32,000 bases of DNA from Ferroglobus placidus DSM 10642 (GCF_000025505.1 NC_013849.1:960001-992000), one strand, 5' to 3'. Positions 1 to 9,061 are shown, counted from the stretch's first letter. Program-made: numbers and translations. The notes: generated by a model from the sequence alone, not told the origin.

Positions 1-976
1 AATTGAACTTGAGGATAAAACCGGAATCGTCAACGTCCTTGCCAGCGGAAAAATAAAAGAGGAGGCTATGGAGTTAGTAGGGGACGAAGTCATAGGAGTT
101 TCCGGAACCATAAACGGAAACAGAATAATTGCCGATAGAATAATTTTCCCCGACGTTCCGATAAACAACGGGAGGAAGAAGAGGAGCTTCAGAATGGTTT
201 TCATCTCCGATATTCACTTCGGAAGTAAGACGTTCCTCAAAGAGGAGTGGGAGAGGTTCGTCAGCTGGATAAACTGCGAGAGCGGAAACGAAAAGCTTGT
301 AGAACTGGCTGAAGAGGTTAAATACGTCTTCGTCGCTGGAGATGTCGTTGACGGAGTTGGAATTTATCCGGAGCAGGAAAAGGAGCTTGAGATAGTCGAC
401 ATCTATCAGCAGTACGAAACTGCAGCAGAATACTTCGACATGATAAGAAAAGACGTTAAAATAATAGTTTCTCCCGGGAATCACGATGCTGTCAGACAGG
501 CTGAACCTCAGCCAGCTTTGCCTAAGGAGTTCTCGAGCCTGTTTTCCAACAACGTCGTTTGCGTTGGTAATCCGAGCATGATAGACGTCAGCGGAGTTAA
601 AGTTCTAATGTACCACGGAAGGAGCTTAGATGATTTAATATCGAAGATTAACAGACTCAACTACGCTAAGCCCCAAGAAGCTCTCTTCGAACTGCTGAAA
701 AGAAGACACCTCTCACCGATGTACGGGGAAAGAGTTCCGATAGCTCCGGAAAAAGAAGACTACCTCGTGATCGACGAAGTTCCGGACGTACTACACTCCG
801 GACACGTCCACACATACGGCACGGGCTTTTACCGCGGAATTTTCGTTGTTTGCTCATCCACCTGGCAGAGCCAAACTGAGTTCCAGAAAAAAGTGAATCT
901 GAATCCCATGCCAGGCATAGTTGCCGTATACCAGCCGGGAGGAGAAGTTGTGAGGCTGAGGTTCTACAGCGAATAA
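1..976 (+). CDS. DNA polymerase II (PolD) small subunit DP1, C-terminal part; 5' end lies outside the window
   Basis: The frame is open from position 2 through the ATG at 68 to TAA at 974-976. It carries calcineurin-like phosphoesterase motifs FISDIHFGS, VAGDVVDG, GNHD and GHVH, typical of archaeal DP1. Confidence 0.9.
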   Translation, partial: IELEDKTGIVNVLASGKIKEEAMELVGDEVIGVSGTINGNRIIADRIIFPDVPINNGRKKRSFRMVFISDIHFGSKTFLKEEWERFVSWINCESGNEKLVELAEEVKYVFVAGDVVDGVGIYPEQEKELEIVDIYQQYETAAEYFDMIRKDVKIIVSPGNHDAVRQAEPQPALPKEFSSLFSNNVVCVGNPSMIDVSGVKVLMYHGRSLDDLISKINRLNYAKPQEALFELLKRRHLSPMYGERVPIAPEKEDYLVIDEVPDVLHSGHVHTYGTGFYRGIFVVCSSTWQSQTEFQKKVNLNPMPGIVAVYQPGGEVVRLRFYSE

Positions 977-1006
977 TTTTTATACACTTGAAGAAGAGTT
1001 CGAAAA

Positions 1007-1888
1007 ATGAGAGTAGCGCTCGCTTTAGCTTTAATCCTGCTCCTATCAGTTGCTAACGCCCAGAATCTTACGATAAACATTGTAAACTACGAAGGAGGAG
1101 TTGTGAGCGTTCAAATTTTTGGAGAGAACTTTTCAATCAACAAAACCTTCCAAAATTCATCCGTAACTTTCCCGGTAGAGCCGGGGAACTATCACGTGAT
1201 AACAATTTATAAGAATTTGAGCATCGTGAAAAACGTCAACGTAACTAACGACACAACGCTCTACCTTACTTTCGAAGAAACGAACGACGTTTCATCTTTA
1301 TTCTACTTGAACAGACACGTTATTGTAGGAAATGGAGAAGTGGTGGAGATTGACGTAATTTACAACCCAACCGAGAAGTTCTTCAGAGGAGACTTAGAAA
1401 AGATAATTCCGAAAGACGCGAAAAATCTCTCAATTCTGGAGTTTACTGGAAGACTCGAAGATTTTTCTGTGGAGGACAACAAGATCTTTTACAAGAGCGT
1501 TGTTATTCAGCCAAATTCGAGCATTAGAGCAGTTTACCACTACTTCTTCGACTCCAATGAAATGATTCTGAGTTCTGAACTTGAGACGAAACAGCTCGTT
1601 CTATTCTTACCTCCGGACGTAAACGCAATTTCAGAAGACCTGAGCTTTGCAGGAACTCACGCTCTCGGAAGCGCAACTTACAACATCTACACAGCTACCA
1701 ACCTCTCAAAAGGAAAAACCATAGAAGTGAAATTCGAGAGAGCTGAAGTTAAATCGGAAGAAAGAAAAAGCGGCTTTAATTTCTTCTTTGTTGTCGGAGC
1801 AGTTTTAATTCTCGCCGGAGTTGCTCTCTACGTCTACAGCAAAAAGAAGGAGGGCAAAGCTGAAGAGAAAGAAGAATGGAAAGTTTAG
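1007..1888 (+). CDS. Hypothetical secreted, C-terminally membrane-anchored protein, probably N-glycosylated
   Basis: N-terminal signal peptide MRVALALALILLLSVANA and C-terminal TM helix FNFFFVVGAVLILAGVALYVY followed by a K/E-rich tail. There are about ten N-x-S/T sequons. A TATA-like tttttatac lies about 20 nt upstream. Confidence 0.65.
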   Translation: MRVALALALILLLSVANAQNLTINIVNYEGGVVSVQIFGENFSINKTFQNSSVTFPVEPGNYHVITIYKNLSIVKNVNVTNDTTLYLTFEETNDVSSLFYLNRHVIVGNGEVVEIDVIYNPTEKFFRGDLEKIIPKDAKNLSILEFTGRLEDFSVEDNKIFYKSVVIQPNSSIRAVYHYFFDSNEMILSSELETKQLVLFLPPDVNAISEDLSFAGTHALGSATYNIYTATNLSKGKTIEVKFERAEVKSEERKSGFNFFFVVGAVLILAGVALYVYSKKKEGKAEEKEEWKV

Positions 1889-1915
1889 ATTTATAGCTTT
1901 TGGGTGATGTAGGAA

Positions 1916-2473
1916 ATGAGAGAAAGAGTTCCACCAGGGCAGAGAGTTGTTGATAAACTCCCCGTGCTGCATTACAGTGACATTCCGCATATCGACATAA
2001 AGGAGTGGCGGCTAAAGATTTACGGGCTTGTTTCGAAAGAGCTCTCTCTTACCTACGAAGAGCTCCTCAAACTCCCGCAGAAGGAGTTTAGATGCGACGT
2101 TCACTGCGTAACTGGATGGAGCAAGCTCGACACCTTTTGGGAAGGTTTTGAAGTCTCCGAAATTATAAAGCTTTCAAAGCCTCTCGAAAATGCCCACTTT
2201 GTGATGGTTCACTCGGCAGACGGCTACGCTACCAACCTCAGTTTAGAAGACTTTTCGAAGGGATTTTTCGCCATGAAAATGAGCGGAAAGCCTTTACCTC
2301 CCGAACACGGCTACCCGCTCCGCTTGGTTGTACCGCACCTCTACTTCTGGAAGAGTGCCAAGTGGGTAACGGCAGTTGAGTTCATAGCAGAAGAGAAGCC
2401 GGGATTCTGGGAGAGTAGAGGATACCACATCAGAGGAGATCCTTGGAAGGAGGAGAGATACAGCGAGATCTAA
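1916..2473 (+). CDS. Molybdopterin-binding oxidoreductase domain protein (sulfite oxidase/YedY-like, short form)
   Basis: Motifs HCVTGWSK, GYPLRLVVP, YFWKSAKWV and GFWESRGYH are characteristic of the Moco-binding oxidoreductase fold. Confidence 0.75.
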   Translation: MRERVPPGQRVVDKLPVLHYSDIPHIDIKEWRLKIYGLVSKELSLTYEELLKLPQKEFRCDVHCVTGWSKLDTFWEGFEVSEIIKLSKPLENAHFVMVHSADGYATNLSLEDFSKGFFAMKMSGKPLPPEHGYPLRLVVPHLYFWKSAKWVTAVEFIAEEKPGFWESRGYHIRGDPWKEERYSEI

Positions 2474-2487
2474 AATTTTAAAACAAT

Positions 2488-3147
2488 TTAAACGATCTCC
2501 GTTCCGACTTTTTCCCCTCTCAGCGCTTTCCTTAAATTTTCCACCGTTCCTTTGAATATTAACGTCGGTATTCTGCTCCTCTCAATCACTTTAGCCGCGA
2601 GCAAATCCACGACGCTCTTGCTTCCTGCCGATATTCTGCTTTTGTAAACGATTTCCACAAGCTTTTCTGGAGATAGCCTTTCGAAAAACTCAGCCTCCGG
2701 ATTCAGCTTTGGATCCTCGGAATACACTCCTTCGACATTTGTAGCTATCATAAGCTTTTCAGCATTGACGTACTCAGCTAACAAAGCTGCCGTTGCATCC
2801 GTCGTATGTCCGGGAAAAGTTCCCCCCATGACGACCGCATCGTAGTTCTTCAATAGAACCTCAACCTCGCGGAAGTCTTTCGGAATGACCTTCGGAGCTT
2901 TTTTAATCGCCTGAGCGAGAAGTAAAGCGTTTATTCTCGTTACTTCTATTCCCAAGTAATCGCAAAGAGCTTCGCTTCCTCCCAAATTTCTAAGAGCATC
3001 GATATATTTTCTCGCAAGCTCACCCCCTCCGACGACGACAGCAACTTTTTCCGAGTGCTCATCAAACACTCTACCGTATTCAGCTATCTTCTCAGCTTTT
3101 ATATCAGAAAAGAGCACCGATCCTCCAATCGAAACCACGATCATCAT
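2488..3147 (-). CDS. pyrH: Uridylate (UMP) kinase, archaeal type
   Basis: Amino-acid kinase fold with MMIVVSIGGSV, VVVGGG and GGTFPGHTTD. I place the start at the ATG at 3147 because a TATA-like aaatataa lies about 35 nt upstream. The track ORF extends to 3219, but that extension is not family-like. Confidence 0.9.
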   Translation of the reverse strand: MMIVVSIGGSVLFSDIKAEKIAEYGRVFDEHSEKVAVVVGGGELARKYIDALRNLGGSEALCDYLGIEVTRINALLLAQAIKKAPKVIPKDFREVEVLLKNYDAVVMGGTFPGHTTDATAALLAEYVNAEKLMIATNVEGVYSEDPKLNPEAEFFERLSPEKLVEIVYKSRISAGSKSVVDLLAAKVIERSRIPTLIFKGTVENLRKALRGEKVGTEIV

Positions 3148-3268
3148 ACGTAGTTGTGGGAATAGGTTAAATTTTTTCCGCATTATATTTGGATTTGTTA
3201 ACTCCTTTTCTATTTTCAAATTTTGTAAATGGCAAAATATTTATATTCGATTTACTATACTGTAATCG

Positions 3269-3640
3269 GTGGATATTATGGAGTTCACCGAAAAAGATGA
3301 AAGGTTGGTTGAACTCCTCACTGAAGCTGGATTGAATAAAAACATAGCAAAAGTACTCGTTTATCTGTCCAAAGTTGGGGAGACTGTTTCGAGGGACATA
3401 GAAAGGGCAGCCAACTTAAGGCAGCCGGAAGTCAGCATAGCGATGAAAGAGCTAAAAGAGATGGGGTGGGTTAAAGATAGGGAGATAAAGAAGAAGGGCA
3501 AGGGAAGACCGCTGAAAAGCTACAAGTTAACACTCGATTTGAAGGACATAGTTGCCGAGCTCGTAAGGAAGAAGAGGGAAGAGATACAAAAACTTGAAAA
3601 GGACTTAGAGGAACTTGAAAAGCTCGTAGGGTTGAAATGA
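3269..3640 (+). CDS. Winged-helix transcriptional regulator (TrmB/ArsR-like) with C-terminal coiled coil
   Basis: wHTH pattern NIAKVLVYLSKVGETVSRDIERAANLRQPEVSIAMKELKEMGWV followed by a KGKGRP wing. A TATA box aaatatttatatt sits at about 3234-3247. The start is GTG 3269 or ATG 3278. Confidence 0.7.
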   Translation: MDIMEFTEKDERLVELLTEAGLNKNIAKVLVYLSKVGETVSRDIERAANLRQPEVSIAMKELKEMGWVKDREIKKKGKGRPLKSYKLTLDLKDIVAELVRKKREEIQKLEKDLEELEKLVGLK

Positions 3641-4344
3641 TCGCAGAGAAAGAAGTGGGTAACAAAAAGGTCTGGTTGAGCGTAGAAGAGGCTCTGATTA
3701 TCTGCCACGGCTTACCCTACGAGCCGGGGTCTGTTGTGGATAAAAGTTACTTGGACGTAGCCAAGTTTTTCTCTTCAAGAGGTTTTCCCTCGGTCATTTT
3801 CGATTTTACCGGAACTGGAAAAAGCAAAGGTTCTTTTAGTCTGATAAAATGGCTCGAAGACCTTGAAGAAATTGCCGAGAACTTTGAAAAAGTTTCCGTA
3901 CTGGGTTTCAGCATGGGAGGTGCTGTGGCATTAAATTTCGAGAAAGCCGAGAAAATAGTGGCTGTAGCCTCTCCTTGCTCTGCGGAAATGTTTAGCGAAG
4001 AGGGATTAGAGAGAATTTACGCTAACGCAAGACTGAAATCCACTCTGAAAGGGTTAAAGGATTTTGAAAGTTTTAAAAAGCAGTTTCTCGAAGAGTTTTA
4101 CTCAATAGAACCGATAAAATCCGTTGAAAATCTTAAATGCCCTCTCATGTTAGTCCACGGAACTAAAGACGACGTTGTTCCGTTCTACTGCTCAGAAGAG
4201 CTTTACAGAAGAGCGAGGGGGAAGAAGAAGTTCCTGATAGTAAAAAACGGTGATCACTTTTTGAGGAGAGAGGAGAGAGTTCTCGAAAAGATTGCCGAGT
4301 GGTTAAAAAAAGTGGATGAGGGTGTCGAAGAATTAACCCTTTGA
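3637..4344 (+). CDS. Alpha/beta-fold hydrolase
   Basis: GFSMGG nucleophile elbow, then HGTKDDVV (Asp) and GDHF (His) for the catalytic triad. The start overlaps the upstream regulator by 4 nt (ATGA). Confidence 0.8.
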   Translation: MIAEKEVGNKKVWLSVEEALIICHGLPYEPGSVVDKSYLDVAKFFSSRGFPSVIFDFTGTGKSKGSFSLIKWLEDLEEIAENFEKVSVLGFSMGGAVALNFEKAEKIVAVASPCSAEMFSEEGLERIYANARLKSTLKGLKDFESFKKQFLEEFYSIEPIKSVENLKCPLMLVHGTKDDVVPFYCSEELYRRARGKKKFLIVKNGDHFLRREERVLEKIAEWLKKVDEGVEELTL

Positions 4345-4989
4345 AATTTTTTGCAGAATGCTATCAATTTCGTTGAAAACCTCTTCTATGCTTTTCGTCC
4401 CGTCAACTTCGTAAAGAACTCCCGTCCTTCTGTAGTACTCTTTCAGCGGTTCTGTCTGCTCCTTGTAAACTCTGTACCTCTCCCTAACGACCTCCTCTTT
4501 GTCGTCATCTCTCTGATAAAGCTCTCCTCCGCACTTGTCGCATTTTCCGTCAACCTTCGGTGGGTTGTAGATTAAATTATAGACCGCTCCGCACTGCTTG
4601 CATATCCTTCTGTAAACTATCCTCTTGACGATCTCCTCTTCGGGAACCTCGATGCTTATAACAGCGTCAATCTTCCTTCCCATTTCGTCGAGCATCTCAT
4701 CCAAAGCCTCCGCTTGCCTTACAGTTCGAGGAAATCCGTCGAGGATAAAGCCTTTCTCGCAATCCGGTTGAGACAGCCTTTCCCTAACGATTCCGATAAC
4801 AACTTCATCCGGAACGAGCTCTCCTCTGTCCATGTACTCCTTAGCCTTTCTACCAAGCTCGGTGCCCTTAGCAACAGCCTCTCTGAGAATGTCTCCAGTA
4901 GAGATCTGAGGAATTCCGTACTTTTCAACAATCATTTTCGCCTGAGTGCCTTTTCCAGCTCCCGGAGGTCCGAGAAGTATCAAGTTCAT
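4333..4989 (-). CDS. adk: Adenylate kinase (bacterial-type Adk with Cys4 zinc lid)
   Basis: P-loop [23 protein letters not shown], and lid cysteines CKQCG...CDKCG. Confidence 0.95.
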   Translation of the reverse strand: MNLILLGPPGAGKGTQAKMIVEKYGIPQISTGDILREAVAKGTELGRKAKEYMDRGELVPDEVVIGIVRERLSQPDCEKGFILDGFPRTVRQAEALDEMLDEMGRKIDAVISIEVPEEEIVKRIVYRRICKQCGAVYNLIYNPPKVDGKCDKCGGELYQRDDDKEEVVRERYRVYKEQTEPLKEYYRRTGVLYEVDGTKSIEEVFNEIDSILQKISKG

Positions 4990-5012
4990 GGAGGGAGAAG
5001 GAAAAGAAACAA

Positions 5013-5564
5013 TTAAACTTTTTGATTTTTTAACATCTTAAACGCTTTTCTTATTACCTTCCTTATTTCACCCCTCTTCCTCCACCCTCCGAGTTTCTTG
5101 GCAACCTTCCTTATGCTACCGTACTTTTTATAGAGGAGAAGTATTTCCCGCTCTCTATCGCTCAATTCAAGCTTTTCAAGCGCTTCATCAACTATTTTAT
5201 CTATGTCGTATCCTTCGTAATAATATTCGTGGGGCTCGATTTCCTTTTCAAAAGGTTCGAATTCGAACTTTATGAAGTAAAGCTCGTCTCCTTCGTAATA
5301 ATTCCTCACTTCCTTCAGAAAGTCCTCCAGGGAATTAAAGCCTTCCATTTTCGCATCTTCTTCCGTGAACTCATCTATTTTCTTCTTTTCCACGCTCAGG
5401 ATTTTAGCAACACCTATTATTTTTCCTCCGCAGTGGACTAAAGCTCTATCCCCAGCTTTTAAGTTCGTCCAGCTTCTAACTGTGGCTTTTTTCTTCCCGG
5501 AAAGCAGAAGCTCCTTGTACTTTTCTTTAAACTCAAGATGCTTCATCCGCGAGGAAGATTCCAT
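5013..5564 (-). CDS. ASCH (PUA-like) domain protein with C-terminal sigma70-region-4/LuxR-like HTH
   Basis: N-terminal ASCH-like [22 protein letters not shown]...GDRALV. C-terminal [26 protein letters not shown]...[18 protein letters not shown] Shine-Dalgarno lies 6 nt upstream of ATG 5564. An alternative ATG is at 5546. Confidence 0.65.
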   Translation of the reverse strand: MESSSRMKHLEFKEKYKELLLSGKKKATVRSWTNLKAGDRALVHCGGKIIGVAKILSVEKKKIDEFTEEDAKMEGFNSLEDFLKEVRNYYEGDELYFIKFEFEPFEKEIEPHEYYYEGYDIDKIVDEALEKLELSDREREILLLYKKYGSIRKVAKKLGGWRKRGEIRKVIRKAFKMLKNQKV

Positions 5565-6681
5565 CCTTGTCCCTCACGATTTTGAATTTAACTGCCTCTC
5601 CAACATTTTTGTTAGTTAAAACAGTCACGACTCTCCCTCTAACCACAGCTATCTTCTCTCCTTCACTCCTTCCTTCGCAAATTATCCTTCCTCTAAACAC
5701 ATCTCCCCTTTTTATCGGTGAAGGGTACCTCGCTCTCTTTTCTATTCCAAAGTCCTTCGGAGAAAGAACGAGTTTTACTCCGTACTCCTCCTCCATTTTC
5801 CTCAGCCTTTCGTAGAATTCCCTGAAGCTCATAACGTTTTTCAGTTTCCTTCCCCCCTTATAGGGTATGTACTTCTGAATCCCAAGGGGAGGACACTTCT
5901 TGCCGGCTCCGATTTCGAGAGCGAACTCTATAATCTTCGGAATTTCCTCGTCATTTATTCCCGGAAGCCATACCGGAGCAATCAGCAGATCTATCTTGCT
6001 GTTCGCAATTGCTTCAACTGCTTCGAGAACTTTTTTCAGAGGATACTTCGTTCCGTATATTTTGTTGGCAAGCTCTTGATCGAGGGCACTTATGCTCACG
6101 TTGAATCTATCCAGAATCCCCTCAAACTCCTCCACAACCTTTTCGCTTATTAACGTTCCGTTCGTTTGCATGGAAACCACTGAAACCTCCTTAATCTCCG
6201 CAACTCCCTCAAGGAATTGCTTCATGTAAGGATAGAGCATCGGCTCAGCCTGTCCGTCGATGTGCACCTCAACTCCTCTTCCTTTGAACTCGCAAATTTT
6301 CCTGAGTTCTTCAAGCAGGTAGTCCGGATCGACTATGAAGTCCGTTTTCTTGGTTTTGCTGCTTCTACCTTCGTCAACGCTGCAGAATATGCAGTTGAGG
6401 TTGCAACCCGTTATCGGACGAACCTGAAGTAAGTTGGTACCTCTGTCTATTATTCCAAAAGCCGCGTGCCCGAGCAAAGGAATTCCGCTCTCCTTGCTTA
6501 CGTAAACGAGGGGTCGTTTCGTTGTGTGGTGAAGAACTTTCTTCTCTTCACTGAAGGATATGAGATACTCCTTCGGGTACTTCTTAGCAAGCTTTTCGTA
6601 CCTACTTTTGTCAAACCTTACCTCGATTATTCTCCTTATCAGGAATACCTTTTCCCCGTTAACCTCGTACTCAGTTATCAT
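5533..6681 (-). CDS. Radical SAM enzyme with C-terminal TRAM-like beta-barrel (COG2100-like)
   Basis: CNLNCIFCSV (CxxxCxxC) cluster motif within a TIM-like core. The C-terminal roughly 70 aa (GDVFRGRIICEG...[18 protein letters not shown]) resembles a TRAM domain. Confidence 0.8.
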   Translation of the reverse strand: MITEYEVNGEKVFLIRRIIEVRFDKSRYEKLAKKYPKEYLISFSEEKKVLHHTTKRPLVYVSKESGIPLLGHAAFGIIDRGTNLLQVRPITGCNLNCIFCSVDEGRSSKTKKTDFIVDPDYLLEELRKICEFKGRGVEVHIDGQAEPMLYPYMKQFLEGVAEIKEVSVVSMQTNGTLISEKVVEEFEGILDRFNVSISALDQELANKIYGTKYPLKKVLEAVEAIANSKIDLLIAPVWLPGINDEEIPKIIEFALEIGAGKKCPPLGIQKYIPYKGGRKLKNVMSFREFYERLRKMEEEYGVKLVLSPKDFGIEKRARYPSPIKRGDVFRGRIICEGRSEGEKIAVVRGRVVTVLTNKNVGEAVKFKIVRDKDGIFLADEAS

Positions 6682-6884
6682 AGCCTCTTTAGCTCAATCA
6701 GATACTTTTTACCTTCTTCGGTTATCGAAAAAACATCTCCCTCAGCTTTTACGAGCTTTTTCTCTTCGAGTGCTCTTAAAACGCTCCTGAGTATCACTTC
6801 CGGAATCCTCATGTTTTTAGACATGTCCTCTATTTTTGACTTTTCGTGCATCAGATACTCGAGAACTCTAATTTCGTGACTCAT
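6678..6884 (-). CDS. Small stand-alone winged-helix protein (68 aa)
   Basis: ATG at 6884 with a TATA (tataaaaa, 6906-6913 on +) 21 nt upstream. wHTH pattern IEDMSKNMRIPEVILRSVLRALEEKKLV...ITEEGKKYL. It overlaps the radical SAM gene by 4 nt (ATGA). Confidence 0.6.
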   Translation of the reverse strand: MSHEIRVLEYLMHEKSKIEDMSKNMRIPEVILRSVLRALEEKKLVKAEGDVFSITEEGKKYLIELKRL

Positions 6885-6903
6885 AAGTTTAATAGTTTTC
6901 GCT

Positions 6904-6936
6904 TGTATAAAAACGTTGAGCACAGGTTTTATATAC
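6904..6936. promoter_or_regulatory. Bidirectional promoter region with two back-to-back TATA boxes
   Basis: tataaaaa (6906-6913, read on the minus strand) lies 21 nt from the ATG at 6884. ttttatata (6927-6935) lies 26 nt from the ATG at 6962. Both spacings imply leaderless or near-leaderless transcripts. Confidence 0.45.
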
Positions 6937-6961
6937 TCTTTAATTCAAAATTCATGAAGTT

Positions 6962-7078
6962 ATGGCGAGGAGGAGCGAGATAGAAGAGCTCTCGGACATT
7001 AAGCCAGTGAGCGATGAAGAATTTGAAGAACTGCTCGACAGCATGAAAGATAGGAGGAGAAGGAAGAAGAGGAGGTAA
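6962..7078 (+). CDS. Possible 38-aa small protein (acidic N-terminal half, RRRRKKRR tail) abutting hisA
   Basis: The ORF MARRSEIEELSDIKPVSDEEFEELLDSMKDRRRRKKRR is below the ORF-track cutoff. A TATA ttttatata (6927-6935) lies 26 nt upstream. Its TAA is followed immediately by the hisA ATG (TAAATG). Confidence 0.3.
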   Translation: MARRSEIEELSDIKPVSDEEFEELLDSMKDRRRRKKRR

Positions 7079-7792
7079 ATGTTCCGAATTTACCCGGCAG
7101 TAGATATAAAAGACGGGAGATGCGTCCAGCTTCAGCAAGGTGATCCGAGAAAAGTTCTTTTTTCTGTTGACGACCCGGTAAAAGTTGCTAAATTTTGGGT
7201 TGAGAAGGGAGCGAAAGCTTTACACGTGATCGATCTGGATGGAGCTTTTGAAGGTAAGTTAAGGAATGAGGAGATTATTCTCAAAATAGCCAAAATGACG
7301 GAAATTCAGGTTGGAGGGGGAATTAGAAGCGTAGATATTGCGGAAAGACTTCTAAACAAAGGCGTTAGCAGAGTTATTGTCGGTACTCTCGCATTAAAAG
7401 AGCCAGAAGCCGTTAGAAAGCTCGCGAAAAAGTATCCGGGGAGAGTGATTATTTCCATAGACGCGAAAGATGGTAAAGTGGTTTTTAACGGCTGGAGAAA
7501 GAAGACGGATTTTTCCCCGATTGAATTTGCAAAGCTTTTCGACGATCTCGAAGTTTCCTTCCTGCTTACAGACGTTAACGTCGAAGGATTGATGAAAGGG
7601 ATAAGGAGGGAATTTATAAAGGAAGTCGTGGCTTCGCTCGAAAACGATGTGATAGTCTCTGGTGGAGTTAGCAATTACGAGGACGCAAAGCTAATAAAGG
7701 AATTGGGAGCAAGTGGGGTTGTCGTCGGCTCAGCATTGTACCTCGGCAGGGTTAAACTTGAAGAACTCCTAAAGCTGGAGGAGGAACAATGA
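7079..7792 (+). CDS. hisA: ProFAR isomerase (HisA)
   Basis: Family-typical IYPAVDIKDGRCVQLQQGD, VGGGIRS and SGGVS..D motifs of the (beta/alpha)8 HisA/HisF family. Confidence 0.95.
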   Translation: MFRIYPAVDIKDGRCVQLQQGDPRKVLFSVDDPVKVAKFWVEKGAKALHVIDLDGAFEGKLRNEEIILKIAKMTEIQVGGGIRSVDIAERLLNKGVSRVIVGTLALKEPEAVRKLAKKYPGRVIISIDAKDGKVVFNGWRKKTDFSPIEFAKLFDDLEVSFLLTDVNVEGLMKGIRREFIKEVVASLENDVIVSGGVSNYEDAKLIKELGASGVVVGSALYLGRVKLEELLKLEEEQ

Positions 7793-8349
7793 AAGCGAAA
7801 GTTAGTAGGGAAACGAAGGAAACGAAGGTAGAAGTTTACGTCGACTTTTCCGGTGAAAATTACGAGATTTCCACGGGAATTCCTTTCCTCGATCACATGC
7901 TCGAAAACTTTGCGAAGCACGCTGAGATCGAGCTCGTTGTTAAAGCAAAAGGAGATTTAGAAGTTGACGAGCACCACACGATTGAAGATGTAGCAATAAC
8001 TCTCGGAAAAGCTTTCAGAGAAGCTCTCGGAAGCAGGGAAGGTTTGAAAAGATTCGGCTACGCCATAGTCCCCATGGACGAAAGCGTGGCAATCTGCGGG
8101 ATCGATTTGAGCGGGAGAGGAGTGTTCGTTTTGAACGGGGAGTTCGGCGATGCAGGAATTAGAGGGGAAAACGTTATTCACTTCTTCGACACCTTCTGCA
8201 GAAATTCGGGGATAAACGTGTTCCTCGAAGTTAGAGGAGTTAATTCCCACCACAAAATAGAGGCTTCTTTTAAAGCTTTAGCCCTCTCGATAAAAATGGC
8301 AACCGAAAAGGGAAAAGGTTTGAAGAGCACTAAGGGTGTCCTCGACTGA
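7789..8349 (+). CDS. hisB: Imidazoleglycerol-phosphate dehydratase (HisB)
   Basis: RETKETKV, GIPFLDHML, DEHHTIEDVAI and NSHHKIEA motifs. It overlaps hisA by 4 nt (ATGA). Confidence 0.95.
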   Translation: MKAKVSRETKETKVEVYVDFSGENYEISTGIPFLDHMLENFAKHAEIELVVKAKGDLEVDEHHTIEDVAITLGKAFREALGSREGLKRFGYAIVPMDESVAICGIDLSGRGVFVLNGEFGDAGIRGENVIHFFDTFCRNSGINVFLEVRGVNSHHKIEASFKALALSIKMATEKGKGLKSTKGVLD

Positions 8350-9061
8350 GAAGGTACATCACAAATATCCCTACGACGAAGAAAAGAAAGCTTGCAGCAG
8401 ATCTTTTAAATTCCGCCACTTTGTGAAGTTCGGGAATTAAGTCGCTGCTCGCCACGTAAGTGAAGTTGCCGGCTGCAAAGGCGAGGAGGTAACTCGTTAC
8501 GTCGTGCTCTTTTAACAGGAAAAATCCAAAAATCGCACCAAAAACTGCAGTTAGAGCCGTGAGAAAGTTAAAAAGAAGGGCTTTTTTCTTGCTAAAACCG
8601 CCGAAAACGAGGACTGAAAAGTCTCCGAGCTCTTGGGGGAGCTCGTGAGAAGCTACGGCGAAAGTGGAGATTAAGCCGAGTTTAAAATCGACAAGGTAAG
8701 ATGCGGCTATTACAATTCCGTCGACGAAGTTGTGAACGCTATCGCCTATCAGAGCGAGGTAAGTTACCGGATGCACCTCGCAATCATCCTCGTGACAGTG
8801 CCTCCACCTCAGAATTCTTTCGAGAAGGTAGAAAGACGAAAATCCGAGAATGAAGACGAGCATGGCTGCTTTAGCTTCAACGTGTTCCACAGCTTCGGGA
8901 ATTAAGTGTAAAAATGATGCACCGATAAGAATACCAGTTGCGAAGCTGACCATGAAAAAGATTATCTTTCTGAAAAGCTCATCGTTCATCGCTATCGTGA
9001 AAATGCCAACGAGAGAGAGAAGACTTATAGCGAAAGTGCTTAAAAGGATGTACTCCAGCAT
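8330..9061 (-). CDS. ZIP-family divalent metal (zinc) transporter
   Basis: Multi-TM protein with HNFVDGIVIAAS and HELPQELGDF, the ZIP signature helices. Confidence 0.9.
   Translation of the reverse strand: MLEYILLSTFAISLLSLVGIFTIAMNDELFRKIIFFMVSFATGILIGASFLHLIPEAVEHVEAKAAMLVFILGFSSFYLLERILRWRHCHEDDCEVHPVTYLALIGDSVHNFVDGIVIAASYLVDFKLGLISTFAVASHELPQELGDFSVLVFGGFSKKKALLFNFLTALTAVFGAIFGFFLLKEHDVTSYLLAFAAGNFTYVASSDLIPELHKVAEFKRSAASFLFFVVGIFVMYLLSRGHP

Noticed and set aside
3148-3219. A 24-codon N-terminal extension of pyrH in the ORF track.
   Set aside because: UMP kinases begin right at the (M)IVVSIGGS strand. A TATA-like box falls inside the extension at the right distance for a start at 3147.
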